DNA of 62,742 nucleotides from Macrostomum lignano (taxonomy: Eukaryota). Under the pieces are notes generated by a model. It had not been told where the DNA came from and ran no database searches. It was given only the letters and a program-made list of their open reading frames with translations. Below, piece by piece: positions 1 to 25,589 of this stretch. Numbering within the stretch: the stretch's first letter is position 1; each line of letters opens with the position of its first letter. Position numbers and translations under genes: made by a program. The stretch spans positions 1 through 62,742 of the forward strand of contig NIVC01004053.1 of the NCBI GenBank assembly GCA_002269645.1, given 5' to 3'.

Positions 1-239
1 TGCAGTCAATACGACAGTGTTTCTACGAAATGTTTTTTTGAAATGTACTTTTTCCCTACTACAATTGACATACTAGCTGCATATGAAACCTGGCACTTTA
101 TTTGATGTGAATTTCTTAATCCTGTTTATAAGGGGCAGAGCAGTTCTTAGAGGTAAGCCCGTCTGAATCTCGCATTGTAACCCTTGTTCGATACAATCAT
201 TTGCGGCTTGAGTGCCGCAAATTAGTCGGTTAGTCGGGA

Positions 240-490
240 TGGCGGGGGGTTGTCGCCCGATTCACAACCATGAGGGCCAACCCCCAAGGCACAGAGAGTG
301 GGGAGTGTACATGGCTGACTATTAAAGGGCCGCTGTACACCTGTGTGAGCGTGTGCATGAGTGTGTGCCCGCGTACAGTATTGGCGCGCTTGCATGTGCT
401 CAGGAGTCAGCGGGATGGGCAGAATTGCCGTCAGCGCCGGCTGTGGGGCCATGTCGCCGAAGGCTACCCAAAAACCCGCAAAACCCCCTC
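240..490 (+). mobile_element. SINE family B copy
   Basis: GAGGGCCAACCCCCAAGGCACAGAGAG..GGGCCGCTGTACACC..GCTCAGGAGTCAGCGG shared with other copies. Confidence 0.8.
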
Positions 491-803
491 AATCCTATTT
501 AAGTATGAGTCATTGCATGTTCTATTTTTAGAAATACAATCAAACCAGCCTTGTTCCTTGATAGCTTCGCTATCAGAGGCATATACAATGTATATATTTA
601 CATATACAGCACACTATGTATACAATACATTACCCGCAAGGTTGAGACACTTCGCCTTCTAATTAACTTGTTTGCGAGTGCGAAACTACTGTATTCAAGA
701 CAGACCTGACTTCATCTTATACCGACTAAGCAGCGCTGCATCCTCCAGCTGAACTGCTCAAGCGAGAGTTAATCCAGCCTGATGGGGCTGGCAAATGAAA
801 ATG

Positions 804-2314
804 CTAATTGGCTATGCTGCCCTGGTCCCGAGGCTGCGGACTTTCCATCTCTTTCATTTAGTCTCCTTCTATTCACCCCTCGTTTCACCACTCACCGCTC
901 AGTCTCTCTCTTACCCTCAGTCTCTCTCTCACCCCTCAGTCTCTCTCTCACCCCTCAGTCTCTCTCTCACCCTCAGTGTCTCTCACCTCAGTCTCTCTCA
1001 CCCTCAGTCTCTCTCACCTCAGTCTCTCTCACCCTCAGTCTCTCTCACCCTCGTCTCTCTCACCCCTCAGTCTCTCTCTCGCCCCTCAGTCTCTCTCTCA
1101 CCCTCAGTCTCTCTCTCACCCCTCAGTCTCTCTCTCACCCTCAGTCTCTCTCTCACCCTCAGTCTCTCTCACCCTCAGTCTCTCTCACCCTCAGTCTCTC
1201 TCTCACCCCTCAGTCTCTCTTTCGCCCTCAGTCTCTCTCTCACCCTCAGTCTCTCTCACCCTCAGTCTCTCTCACCCTCAGTCTCTCTCACCCTCAATCT
1301 CTCTCACCCTCAGTCTCTCTCACCCTCAGTCTCTCTCTCACCCCTCAGTCTCTCTCACCCCTCAGTCTCTCTCTCGCCCCTCAGTCTCTCTCTCACCCTC
1401 AGTCTCTCTCACCCTCAGTCTCTCTCACCCTCAGTCTCTCTCACCCTCGCGTCTCTCTCTCTCTTACCCCTCAGTCTCTCTCTCACCCTCAGTCTCTCTC
1501 CACCCTCAGTCTCTCTCACCCTCAGTCTCTCTCACCCTCAGTCTCTCTCACCCTCAGTCTCTCTCACCCTCAGTCTCTCTCACCCTCAGTCTCTCTCACC
1601 CTCAGTCTCTCTCACCCTCAGTCTCTCTCTCACCCCTCAGTCTCTCTCACCCCTCAGTCTCTCTCTCGCCCTCAGTCTCTCTCTCACCCTCAGTCTCTCT
1701 CACCCTCGGTCTCTCTCTCTCTTACCCCTCAGTCTCTCTCTCACCCTCAGTCTCTCTCTCACCCTCAGTCTCTCTCACCCTCAGTCTCTCTCACCCTCAG
1801 TGTCTCTCACCCCTCAGTCTCTCTCTCACCCCTCAGTCTCTCTCTCACCCTCAGTCTCTCTCTCACCCCTCAGTCTCTCTCTCACCCTCAGTCTCTCACT
1901 CACCCCTCAGTCTCCCTGTCCCTTCGTAAATCTAAAATGAAAGCAATTCAATTGATTCCTAAGCAACAAAGGATTTGCAGCAGGAATCCAGGCAGTTTTT
2001 ACCTGCGCCAATAAAGCTGAAACACAATTGGGATCGGCAGTGGCATGCGGAAACTGCTGCTGAGGTCTGAAAGCCTGCCATTGAAATCCGCCTGCATTGA
2101 GGCCTCGGGTGTGTCGGAGCTCAGACAGCAGCCTTACAGCTAGCGGCTCTATCTGGGCTAATGGAAAACAAGACGAAAGCAAAAAAGTATTTGCTTACAT
2201 TTCTTATTTTGGAAACCTGGTCTTTTAAATAGACCATTGGGAGCATTCATGGCGTGTGGACAGAAAACATGGAAACACGTTACCCCGCGCAGAGTGAAGC
2301 ATAACTCACAAAAA
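804..2314 (-). CDS. Candidate 3' end of an unrecognised spliced gene: exons 2314-2199, 2157-2003, 833-804
   Basis: Three AG/GT-flanked segments join in frame: FCELCFTLRGVTCFHVFCPHAMNAPNGLFKRPGFQNKK|SQIEPLAVRLLSELRH...VSALLAQ|PRDQGSIAN*. Donors GTAAGC and GTAAAA; 41-nt and ~1170-nt introns. No family recognised. Confidence 0.4.
895..1915. repeat. Minisatellite (CTCACCCTCAGTCTCT)n, 16-19 bp
   Basis: Direct inspection. Confidence 0.97.
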
Positions 2315-2324
2315 CTGACAAAAG

Positions 2325-4355
2325 GGTAGCTAACTGAAGCATGAGTGGGTAGCTAACTGAAGCATGAATGGGTAGATAACTGAAGCATGAGTGGGTAGCT
2401 AACTGAAGCATGAGTGGGTAGATAAACTGAAGCATGAGTGGGTAGCTAACTGAAGCATGAGTGGGTAGATAACTGAAGCATGAGTGGGTAGCTAACATCA
2501 GTGGGTAGCTAACGTCAGTGGTAGCTAACGTCAGTGGGTAGCTAACATCAGTGGGTAGCTAACATCAGTGGGTAGCTAACATCAGTGGGTAGCTAACGTC
2601 AGTGTGGTAGCTAACGTCAGTGGGTAGCTAACATGAGTGGGTAGCTAACATCAGTGGGTAGCTAACATCAGTGGGTAGCTAACGTCAGTGGGTAGCTAAC
2701 ATCAGTGGGTAGCTAACTGAAGCATGAGTGGGTAGCTAACATCAGTGGGTAGCTAACGTCAGTGGGTAGCTAACATCAGTGGGTAGCTAACATGAGGGTA
2801 GCTAACATCAGTGGGTAGCTAACATCAGTGGGTAGCTAACTGAAGCATGAGTGGGTAGCTAACATCAGTGGGTAGCTAACGTCAGTGGGTAGCTAACATC
2901 AGTGGGTAGCTAACGTCAGTGGGTAGCTAACGTCAGTGGGTAGCTAACATGAGTGGGTAGCTAACATCAGTGGGTAGCTAACGTCAGTGGGTAGCTAACG
3001 TCAGTGGGTAGCTAACATCAGTGGGTAGCTAACTGAAGCATGAGTGGGTAGCTAACATCAGTGGGTAGCTAACGTCAGTGGGTAGCTAACATCAGTGGGT
3101 AGCTAACGTCAGTGGGTAGCTAACATCAGTGGGTAGCTAACTGAAGCATGAGTGGGTAGCTAACGTCAGTGGGTAGCTAACGTCAGTGGGTAGCTAACAT
3201 CAGTGGGTAGCTAACATCAGTGGGTAGCTAACGTCAGTGGGTAGCTAACATCAGTGGGTAGCTAACTGAAGCATGAGTGGGTAGCTAACATCAGTGGGTA
3301 GCTAACGTCAGTGGGTAGCTAACGTCAGTGGGTAGCTAACATCAGTGGGTAGCTAACTGAAGCATGAGTGGGTAGCTAACATCAGTGGGTAGCTAACTGA
3401 AGCATGAGTGGGTAGCTAACGTCAGTGGGTAGCTAACGTCAGTGGGTAGCTAACATCAGTGGGTAGCTAACATCAGTGGGTAGCTAACGTCAGTGGGTAG
3501 CTAACATCAGTGGGTAGCTAACTGAAGCATGAGTGGGTAGCTAACATCAGTGGGTAGCTAACGTCAGTGGGTAGCTAACGTCAGTGGGTAGCTAACATCA
3601 GTGGGTAGCTAACTGAAGCATGAGTGGGTAGCTAACATCAGTGGGTAGCTAACTGAAGCATGAGTGGGTAGCTAACATCAGTGGGTAGCTAACGTCAGTG
3701 GGTAGCTAACATCAGTGGGTAGCTAACTGAAGCATGAGTGGGTAGCTAACATCAGTGGGTAGCTAACGTCAGTGGGTAGCTAACGTCAGTGGGTAGCTAA
3801 CATCAGTGGGTAGCTAACTGAAGCATGAGTGGGTAGCTAACATCAGTGGGTAGCTAACTGAAGCATGAGTGGGTAGCTAACATCAGTGGGTAGCTAACGT
3901 CAGTGGGTAGCTAACGTCAGTGGGTAGCTAACATCAGTGGGTAGCTAACTGAAGCATGAGTGGGTAGCTAACATCAGTGGGTAGCTAACTGAAGCATGAG
4001 TGGGTAGCTAACATCAGTGGGTAGCTAACGTCAGTGGGTAGCTAACATCAGTGGGTAGCTAACTGAAGCATGAGTGGGTAGCTAACATCAGTGGGTAGCT
4101 AACGTCAGTGGGTAGCTAACATCAGTGGGTAGCTAACGTCAGTGGGTAGCTAACATCAGTGGGTAGCTAACATGAGTGGGTAGCTAACATCAGTGGGTAG
4201 CTAACATGAGTGGGTAGCTAACATCAGTGGGTAGCTAACATGAGTGGGTAGCTAACATCAGTGGGTAGCTAACATCAGTGGGTAGCTAACATCAGTGGGT
4301 AGCTAACATGAATGGGTAGCTAACATCAGTGGGTAGCTAACATCAGTGGGTAGCT
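2325..4355. repeat. Minisatellite with 17-bp (GTGGGTAGCTAACATCA) and 23-bp (GTGGGTAGCTAACTGAAGCATGA) monomers
   Basis: Direct inspection. Confidence 0.97.
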
Positions 4356-4984
4356 GTCTGAAGCATCAGGTGCAACGGGGGGTAAAAAAAGGTCAGGAAT
4401 TAATGGCATTTCTGTCAGCAATACATGAACAGGATTATCAAAGCCTCTCAGCTAAGAGATTAGAAATCTTCGCGGAAAAAAATGTAGTTCTATTATGGTA
4501 TTCTGCTGATCTGTAGAAAAACAATGAGAAATAACCTCGAACAGTTTAAAGAGGATTTTTGCAGCTGGCTTTAACTTGAACTAAAACGAGTTTTAAGGCT
4601 CTCTTGGGCCTAGCTATAGGTCTCAGCTGCATTTAGGAATTCTCCATTCTGTGGTGGGATTTTCTATGGAATTGGCCGGGGGGATTTTGGGGGAAATTAC
4701 TGCATAGATACGCCTGCAGCTGAACCTATACTCCCTGAAAATATAGATTAGGAATTCAAGCAGTCACGCAGCATTCAGAATTTCATTGAATTGCATTAAA
4801 CTGCCAATGGGAACTGACGCAGCTGTGATGGCGTGATGGATGGAGCAAGACTGGGATCAGCACACTCCAGCCCTCCTGCCCATAGACAGATTATTGTGTT
4901 TTTTCTCACGTGATTTCGCCCAGAACAAAGCGCCTGAAGTCTAAAGTTAGATGTATAAGTTCTTTCCGTTTCTTTACTTACTTA

Positions 4985-5455
4985 CTAAATCGTTCCAGCG
5001 TTGTCTCTATAAACCAAGCAGAATTCATTGTCTACCTTCTCCAGTTGGATTTGGCGGTTGTACACCAGATTACGCAGTTCGGATCCCCCGCGGAGAGCAA
5101 AGTGCTTACCGATGCACCAGATCAGAGCACTCACTAGCTGTTTTGGCGTATCCCGACCAAGCATGCCACTTTGCCACAGCTTGTCTTCTATGCTGGCAGG
5201 AACAGGCTCAGCTCTACGCAGTCCACTACCTCTGCCCTCTCGAGTACTCATCTTCATTGAAGCGTCCAACGCCCGTCGACTCTCAGCGAATTCCACATCC
5301 TTCCACAGGCTAAACGGTTTCTTGCAGTCGTTGACTAGGTAGTACTGCAACATACTGAAAAAGCCCTTCAACGTAGAAGCAGTGTACCGAGAGCCACTCT
5401 TTGTACGAACCTCCAGTATGAACCATTTAAGTAGATAGTACATGGTATGAACCAT
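4985..5455 (-). mobile_element. Crypton-A / DUF3504 (ZMYM/QRICH1/KCTD1-type) tyrosine-recombinase-like ORF, N-terminal half only
   Basis: 156-aa ORF with LKWFILEVR.KSG..Y...TL, F...R.ALDA.MK, EDKLW..G.LG.DTP..L, HFALRGGSELRNL. The later H-x-x-R/Y catalytic region is absent. A 15-bp direct duplication (TTAAATGGTTCATAC) disturbs the 5' end. Confidence 0.8.
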
Positions 5456-5674
5456 TTAATATTGCATTGTTAATGTTGTTTTATTACATCACTTTCTGAT
5501 AATAAATATACTGTTGTTGAGTTGATTTCTCTGGCCCGGACCGCTGTTTCTTTGGCCGGGCCAAAGAGAGAATTGTTGCATTGAACCATAGATATATATG
5601 GAGCGGCCAAATAGGGTAGAAACAAGGTTTAGAAGCTGAATGCTTAAGAGCCTTCGCAGTAGGAGACGTAGAAA

Positions 5675-5942
5675 GGGGTTGCAGCCAAGTGGTTAGTTAG
5701 AGGTCGGGGGTTCGATTCTCGTCCCACTTGGAACAATTTGTGTCTTTGAGCAAGACACTTAACTCTGCATTGCTTCAGTTCACCCAACTGTAAAATGGGT
5801 AATCAGCATTAGCTGGGGTAATTACGGGTGTGTGGCGACCCCCCCCCCAGTCCTTGGACTGAACAGCCGTACGCAGCCTTCAGATGCGCCGCGCAATAGC
5901 TGCGGCTGAGCTGTCGGTTGCGTATTGGAGCAGGTGTAATCA
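5675..5942 (+). mobile_element. SINE family A copy
   Basis: Matches 20229-20531 copy over nearly full length; small deletion in tRNA head. Confidence 0.9.
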
Positions 5943-6598
5943 AAATATTGCTTAAAAAGCTGAAAAACTTTTTTAGCAGAGAAAACCAGAGCTATCCTCG
6001 CCCTGTATTCTCCTATTCATAAAATCACGTAGCATTACCTGTACCATGATAACAATGAAATGCTGGAATAAAGGAGAGCCGCACTGAATCGCAGAAGCCT
6101 CTTTTATCAATTTCCCATATGCATAATGTCCCGTAGTCCCGGGTCGTCTTTGACTTGGCGTCGCCAAATTGTCCAAGTGAGCTGCAATCGTATGTATGGC
6201 CTCCGCACCGGGATCTGCCCTGATTGTTAATTCAATGGATATGGGCCTGCACTCTGTAGGTATGGTTGGGCTTAGTTGCCTCAATCAATAGGGGATCACG
6301 GCCATCTTTGTTCCACAGAGAGCCGTCCCCCTCCCCAGTTCAATACTGGATGCTACAGTAATACAATGGTAGGAACTCTCATTGCCGTCTGAAGGAATAT
6401 TAATGCATTACTAATCCGACAGTCCGAGTTTCTGCCTTGGTTTTCTTCCCACGTGATCGAATTTACAGAAGTAGGAAGTATTTTGGTCTTCGTTTTTATT
6501 AAAATACCAAAAACTCAGACACAGTAACAAGCGTTTAATTGGGGTTCAGCTTTAATTGATAATCTTTCCGTTCAGTCAACGTGAAGATAAAGAATTTA

Positions 6599-6819
6599 TA
6601 TAATAATAATAATTGATTACGCCTACACTAATATGGGGGGTCGCCACACACCCTCAATTACCCCAGCTAATGCTGGCACCCATTTTACAGCTGGGTGAAC
6701 TGAAGCAATGCAGATTTAAGTGTCTTGCTCAAGGACAAAAAATGTTCCAGTGGGATCGGGTATCGAGCCCCGGACCTTCAAGTCGTGAGTCCGACGCTCT
6801 AACCACTGGGCTACAGCCC
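6599..6819 (-). mobile_element. SINE family A copy with internal deletion
   Basis: Head, CORE-like part and (ATT)n tail present; the GGACTGAACAGCC block is missing. Confidence 0.88.
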
Positions 6820-6834
6820 TCTCCCTATGAGGGC

Positions 6835-7075
6835 ATACTAAGGGCTTCGGGCAGCCTTCGGCGACATCGTCCCACAGCCGGAAATTCTGCCAGTTCCGCT
6901 GACTCCTGAGTACATGCAAGCGCGTCAATACTGTACACAGACACGCACTCACACACGCGCTCACACAGGGTGTACAGCGGCCCTGACTTTCTCATCGTCA
7001 GACATGTACACTCTCTGTGCCTTGAGGGGGTTGGTCCTCATGGCTGTGAATCGCACGACAACCCCCCCCCCGAAT
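6835..7075 (-). mobile_element. SINE family B copy abutting family A
   Basis: Reverse complement closely matches 240-490. Confidence 0.8.
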
Positions 7076-7699
7076 AGCTTTCGAGTCCCAAATGAATCGA
7101 ATCAGGGGTCGTGGCGAGAGAGACTGACATGTTTACCGCTGAGGTGCTCTGCCCCGAGGTTTCGGCCATAGACATACTCTTGCCTGCCGTGTCGTAGCCT
7201 AGTCCCTTTTTTCTAGTCAGTGCGAGTAGTACGTGTCCCCGGGGTCGTTGGAATCACACGCAAATTTCCAGTTGGTGCTTGAACTAAATCGATGTTTATA
7301 GCAGTCCTGGAGTTCTCAGGGTTCATTAGCATAAGAACTCTCATCAGCAGCTTCTCTGTAATTTCCTGAGCGCTGAGTTAATTAATGAGGATTGGTTAAG
7401 CCAAAAAGCTAATCTGTCTGAGGGACCGGCAAAAAGGTTTAAAAATAATTATAAATCTTTTGACTGGCATTTCATTCTGCATAGAGAGACAAATACAAGC
7501 TTTGGTAATCACTTCCGGGAGGTCAGGGCGTGGCTTCTGCAACAGCAACAGCAAGCCTTGCTTTTATTTTGTTTGCAGTGCATTGTCTGCTTCTGCCCCA
7601 AAACCTGCGCCGGCTCCCACCCACTGCTGCCCAACATAAAGTCCACCCGGCCGGGATGACCCACTTTGCCACAGTCGACTTGACAAACACCAACAACCA

Positions 7700-8960
7700 G
7701 ATCGGTTCGGTCCAGACAAGGAGCTGATGAAGAAAGTCCAGAAGGTCAAGCCGCCCACGACGAGGAAGGAGCTGGAGTCATTCCTGGGGCTCACCAACTA
7801 TTATGCGCGCTACATCCAGGCCTATTCGGAGAAGATTGAGCCTTTGACACGCAATGCGGAGTCAGAAGTCCAGCTTTGTGTGGGGCTTCAAGCGGGCCTT
7901 GGCAGTGTGTACCCGGTGATCCGCATATTCGATCCCAGGAAGCTGACCACCCGTACGACAGATGCCAGCGAGTCCGCAGTATCGGGCATCCTCAGCCAAG
8001 ACGGCCACCCGGTGTTGTAACTATCAAGGCGTCTCACACCTCACGCCGAGCGCAACTATTCGAACATCGAGCGGGAGGCTCTGGTGGTTGGTTGTCTGGG
8101 CAACTCAGCGAGCTAAACACTTCCTGTTGGGCAAGAAATTCCTGCTCCAGCCACTGGAATTCATATTCTGTTCGGACCCAGAGCTGCCCAAGGTGACTTA
8201 GACTCGGATCATGCGGTGGGCCATTCAGCTATCCGCGTTCGACTTCGACATCGCCTACGTCAAGGGCAACAGCATCCCGCACGTGGACGCCATGTCCCGG
8301 ATGCCATTCGAGAGCGACGATGACGGCTTCATCCACTAGACCGAGACTGCGGAGTGCCCATTCAAGGCTGCCCGTTATCAGTTGACTCACAGCGGAGTGC
8401 TGGCGACTCAAAATCGACTCAGTCGCGAAGCATGATGATGTCGAGTGGTTTGTGAAGCAGTGCGCAACCTGTACATGTACGAGGATTTGACCACTGCCTA
8501 CCGAGGAGACGCATTGGAAGCGGGTGCACATCAGCCTGATCCTGGTGCTGGTTGACGCTTTCTCTGGCTGGCCGGAAGCTGTGCACGTGGCAGACAGGAG
8601 CGCGAGGACGGTGATTCGAGTTCTACGGGCCATCTTCGCAAGACAAGGCGTGCCGCACACTCTGGTGTCCGACAATGCACCCGAGTTTCACGATCAGGAG
8701 CTTCAAGGCTGGCTGGAGCGGATCGGCTGCAATCAGCTCTTCAAGCCGCCGTACCACCCGCAGTCCAACGGCTGTCAAAACTGTCAAAAGCGATGACTCA
8801 AGGCGTTTGCAGCTCATCAATACCGTTCGATGCGTACCTGGCCAAGTTCCTGCTGAACTACTGAGCGACTCCACATAGTGACGGCCGAGGCCGAGGCAGC
8901 GTCTCGGCGCTGGTGGGTCGGCAGCTGAGAAGCCCGTTGACGCTGACCTTTGAGACGGAC
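7700..8960 (+). mobile_element. Decayed Ty3/Gypsy pol (RT connection, RNase H, integrase)
   Basis: KELESFLGLTNYY, TDASESAVSGILSQ, YSNIEREAL, RWAIQLSAFDFDIAYVKG, VDAFSGWPEA, LVSDNAPEF, PPYHPQSNG; many stops and frameshifts; no LTRs found. Confidence 0.92.
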
Positions 8961-9810
8961 GCCCTGGTAGCTTATCAAGCTGCGCACAGTCAGAAATTGC
9001 CGAGCTCTTCGTGCAGGCCGGGCACAACACGGCGGTCGTCACTCTGACCGAGTCGGACCGGCCCGTCCTGGCGCGCAGGGACCAGCTTTGGCCACTGCTG
9101 ACCGCGGCCGGGTCGGAGTGGACGAAGAAGGCCGTCCGGAGCTCGACGTCCCGAAGGCGCCGACCGACCAACGATTCGGGAGACTGCGTGCACACCATTC
9201 TCTCCCGATCTGTTCGCTCTGACTGGCCATACTCCTAAGCTTCTATGCACGTAGTTAATTGTCATCACGTGACCCTATTTCGTAATTCGATCAGCCCCTG
9301 CTCATGCCATCATTAAATTGGCTGCTTTCAAGTTGAAATTACCTACCTAGTTGAGATTAACCACAAAATAGGGGAATCTCAAAACAGAGGGAATCCCGGA
9401 GCAGGTAGATCTCAGTGCTGGGTAATTCCAAATTTGGAAATCTGAAATCCTGGGAACAGACAGAATCTTTAAAGACAATGAAAATTGCGAAAGGAATTTC
9501 TTGTGTCTCAACAGACGGACTTTTTAAAAGTACAAAAACTGACAAAAAGTATAAGTAAAAAATTGTTCATTTCTATGAACTTACTTTTGAAAGGTAAAAG
9601 TTCACAAGAATATCTATGCGACAAATTTTTGATCATTGTATTTGATATTAGCTAAAATGACAGTTTCAACGTCAGTAGTGAACTACAGCTCAATTGAACA
9701 AAGACTAGAAATAAAATTGACAAAGACGACTGTAGGGAACACATTTAAGGGGAATTTGTTTCGGAAAGTTTTTTGACGAGACTGGGAGTGTAATTATGGA
9801 CTGAAGACCC

Positions 9811-9914
9811 CTGAGCACACGCTCACACAGGGTGTACAGCGGCCCTTGACTTCCCAATCATCCGGTATGTACGCTCTCTGTGCCTTGGGGGTTGGCCCTG
9901 GTGTGCGTGAATCC
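9811..9914 (-). mobile_element. SINE family B fragment
   Basis: AGGGCCAACCCCCAAGGCACAGAGAG..GGGCCGCTGTACACCCTGTGTGAG on minus. Confidence 0.75.
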
Positions 9915-9964
9915 TATAGTCTATGGCCCAAAAGTGAGGGTCAGTCTCAGGGTGGACACTTAAT

Positions 9965-10146
9965 GGGCCGTATGCAGAAAGCCTAGTCCAGACTAGCTAG
10001 TCCGGACTTGGGTAGTTCAGTCTATAGTCTATGGTCTAGCTACCCTAGTAGACCGGTCTAACTTTGTGTTTCTGCATACCAAATCCAAGTCCAGATTAGC
10101 TTTTCAAGACCGGACTACCCTAGACAGAGCTTTCTGCATACGGCCC
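9965..10146. mobile_element. 182-bp PIF/Harbinger-like MITE
   Basis: Perfect 18-bp TIR GGGCCGTATGCAGAAAGC and 3-bp AAT flanking both ends; internal CTAG-rich subrepeats. Confidence 0.8.
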
Positions 10147-10358
10147 AATGCAAAAATACGGCATGTTGTACAAAAAATTCAAATATAAGCACACATACAT
10201 TTTATATCCTCACCAAGTAGCGAATCTGTGACAATCAGCTGATGACAATGACGACAATTAATAGCTCATTTTTTACTTTTAAAAATATAATTGCCCAGCT
10301 TTGATTTTCATTACTCCATGAACCATGAGAGTCTGGAAGCCATGATCAGCAAGTGAAG

Positions 10359-10590
<232 letters not shown>

Positions 10591-11040
10591 ATTAGGACAC
10601 TTAAGAAGACCACCAGATAGACAGGTATTTTCATTTAGTTTTAACAGTTTCTCTACCTTTCAGTGTAGTAGTAAGAAAGAATGTTTAAGCCATTTCTATG
10701 AAAATAAAGGCAGTTGTAAGTGTAAACAAAACCCGATCTTGCCGCAATGTACATTAGTCCGCGCAAGTGAAATGTACACAGCAGGCAGCGTTAGGCTGGA
10801 ACACCGAAGAAGGCCAATAAAACCGGTCGGTGGGGAGTCTTGTTCTAAAAAATACTTTAAAACGCTTCTGTTTTTATCTTTCTACTGAACTGAAAGTAGT
10901 TTACACGCAAATTTTCCGAGGGCTCCTTTACGAGCGATTCAAAAGTCAAAAACAACCTTATTGTAATAGATAAAATAATTGCTGTTTCAAATATGCAAAA
11001 GTTAAGAATGCTACAGTATTGAGTACAGCAGCCGGCGTGA

Positions 11041-23635
<12,595 letters not shown>

Positions 23636-23924
23636 ACTAAAGCTTGTACTTTTTAAAGGAGATTCTCACTGCTTTTTTAGAATATTTTCCTACCCTTCTA
23701 TAGTGGCACTGTTAAGTAAGCGATGGACTCAGATGGCACGGTTAACCACGATTGGGTCTGCCGTTGAATGACGCGTCCTAGCCAATGAGGAGTTGCGCCA
23801 AGTAAATCTTCAACATTAGTTAAATCGGCAGAGTAAAGCTCGCAGCCTCGACAATTAACGGCCATCTTTCACAAGAAGCTTTTCAGTGATTTTTCTGTGG
23901 TCTTTGAAGATTTTTAGTGTCTGA

Positions 23925-24580
23925 CGATTCCTCAGAGGGTGTCTTTGACGATTCTTCAGAGGGTGTCTTTGACGATTCTTCAGAGGGTGTCTGACGATTC
24001 TTCAGACGGTGCTTTTGACGATTCTTCAGACGGTGCTTTTGACGATTCTTCAGACTGTGCTTTTGACGATTCTTCAGACGGTGCTTTTGACGATTCTTCA
24101 GAGGGGTCTTTGACGATTCTTCAGAGGGTGTCTTTGACGATTCTTCAGACGGTGTCCTTGACGATTCTTCAGACGGTGTCCTTGACGATTCTTCAGACGG
24201 TGTCTTTGACGATTCTTCAGACGGTGTCCTTGACGATTCTTCAGACGGTGTCCTTGACGATTCTTCAGACGGTGTCCTTGACGATTCTCCAGATGGTGTC
24301 TTTGACGATTCTTCAGACGGTGCTTTTGACGATTCTTCAGAGGGTGTCTTTGACGATTCTTCAGACGGTGTCCTTGACGATTCTTCAGACGGTGTCCTTG
24401 ACGATTCTTCAGACGGTGTCCTTGACGATTCTTCAGACGGTGTCCTTGACGATTCTTCAGACGGTGTCTTTGACGATTCTTCAGAGGGTGTCTTTGACGA
24501 TACTTCAGACGGTGTCTTTGACGATTCTTCAGAGGGTGTCTTTGACGATACTTCAGAGGGTGTCTGACGATTCTTCAGAT
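23925..24580. repeat. 24-bp minisatellite (TGACGATTCTTCAGACGGTGTCTT)n upstream of AChE ATG
   Basis: Direct inspection. Confidence 0.97.
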
Positions 24581-25589
24581 TTTGTCCTTGGTGATTTTTT
24601 CAGTAGATAAAAAACTCCTCAGATAATGACTGTCTTGCTCAGAAGAAATATTTAAGTCTATTGAATGGGGTGGATGGCGATTTTCCACGAGTCCGCGGCT
24701 ATTCCAAACTTCTGCACTACTTGTACAAATCACTTACGAGTACTATCTGATCAAAAGTAAGAGGCAGCCCCTACAAATCAAGACAGGATAATCGATTCAA
24801 TTAAGAAGCAAACAGAAGCCAAAGCAACGAAATTATTTGTGAACAAAAGTAATCCTATATATTTAAATACGAATATTATGGTTGCATACAGGTAATCAGT
24901 ATAGAATTACATTCATCTGCAAGAGTTGATACAAAACAGTAAAATACAAGAAAGAAGCGAGCGCGGCCTCATTGCAGGTCAGGCATGCTGATGCCATACA
25001 TATGTACAATATGCACGGGTTTAACAATGCCGAACATAACTATATTTTTTTAACATTATTTATATGCACTTGCCTTGTTGCCATGGAAACCAATTAAAGT
25101 ATATCGACTGTCACTGGCATATCTGGAATAATTAATTCTACTTAAATAAACAGATATTCATTTTACCTTAACGTTTTGGCTTTCTAATAATTAAAGCCAA
25201 ACAATTTTGTGAAGAAGTTATATTCGGTGCAATTACTCCTACTTGAAGTAGGCAGACGATAAATTAGCAAGCTACATCTGGGCAATAATGCTATTAACTA
25301 TGGCATATGACAAGTATAAGACTAACTAAAATACAAATAAGTACTGCATGTGACTTGTTTATAAAGGCATGAGCTTGGTACCGGTAATACATAGCATGTG
25401 TGTAAATAGGGGACAGGTTGAGAGATAAGTGCACATTGAAGGGTGAGGGAGTCAGGAGTGGGTGTGTTTTGAGGGTGAGGAAATCGAGAACAAATGTACA
25501 TTGATGATCGGATGATATATAGACAGAAGCGAGTGTACATAAAAGGGTGGGTAAGAGAGCGAAGAGGGAGTTGTACAATAAAGGATGGG

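Noticed and set aside
782-2014. 300-400-aa Ser/Leu/Pro ORFs
   Set aside because: Translations of a stop-free minisatellite in all frames; the same applies to ORFs at 12395-13253, 13297-14945, 15524-17599, 17668-19570, 23939-24610, 47486-48247, 54198-54852, 55547-56542 and 57048-58850.
5973-6284. 103-aa ORF with a faint RT-like fragment
   Set aside because: Too degenerate to assign; no clear motifs.
7080-9540. LTRs around the Gypsy remnant
   Set aside because: No matching direct repeats, PBS or PPT found by eye.
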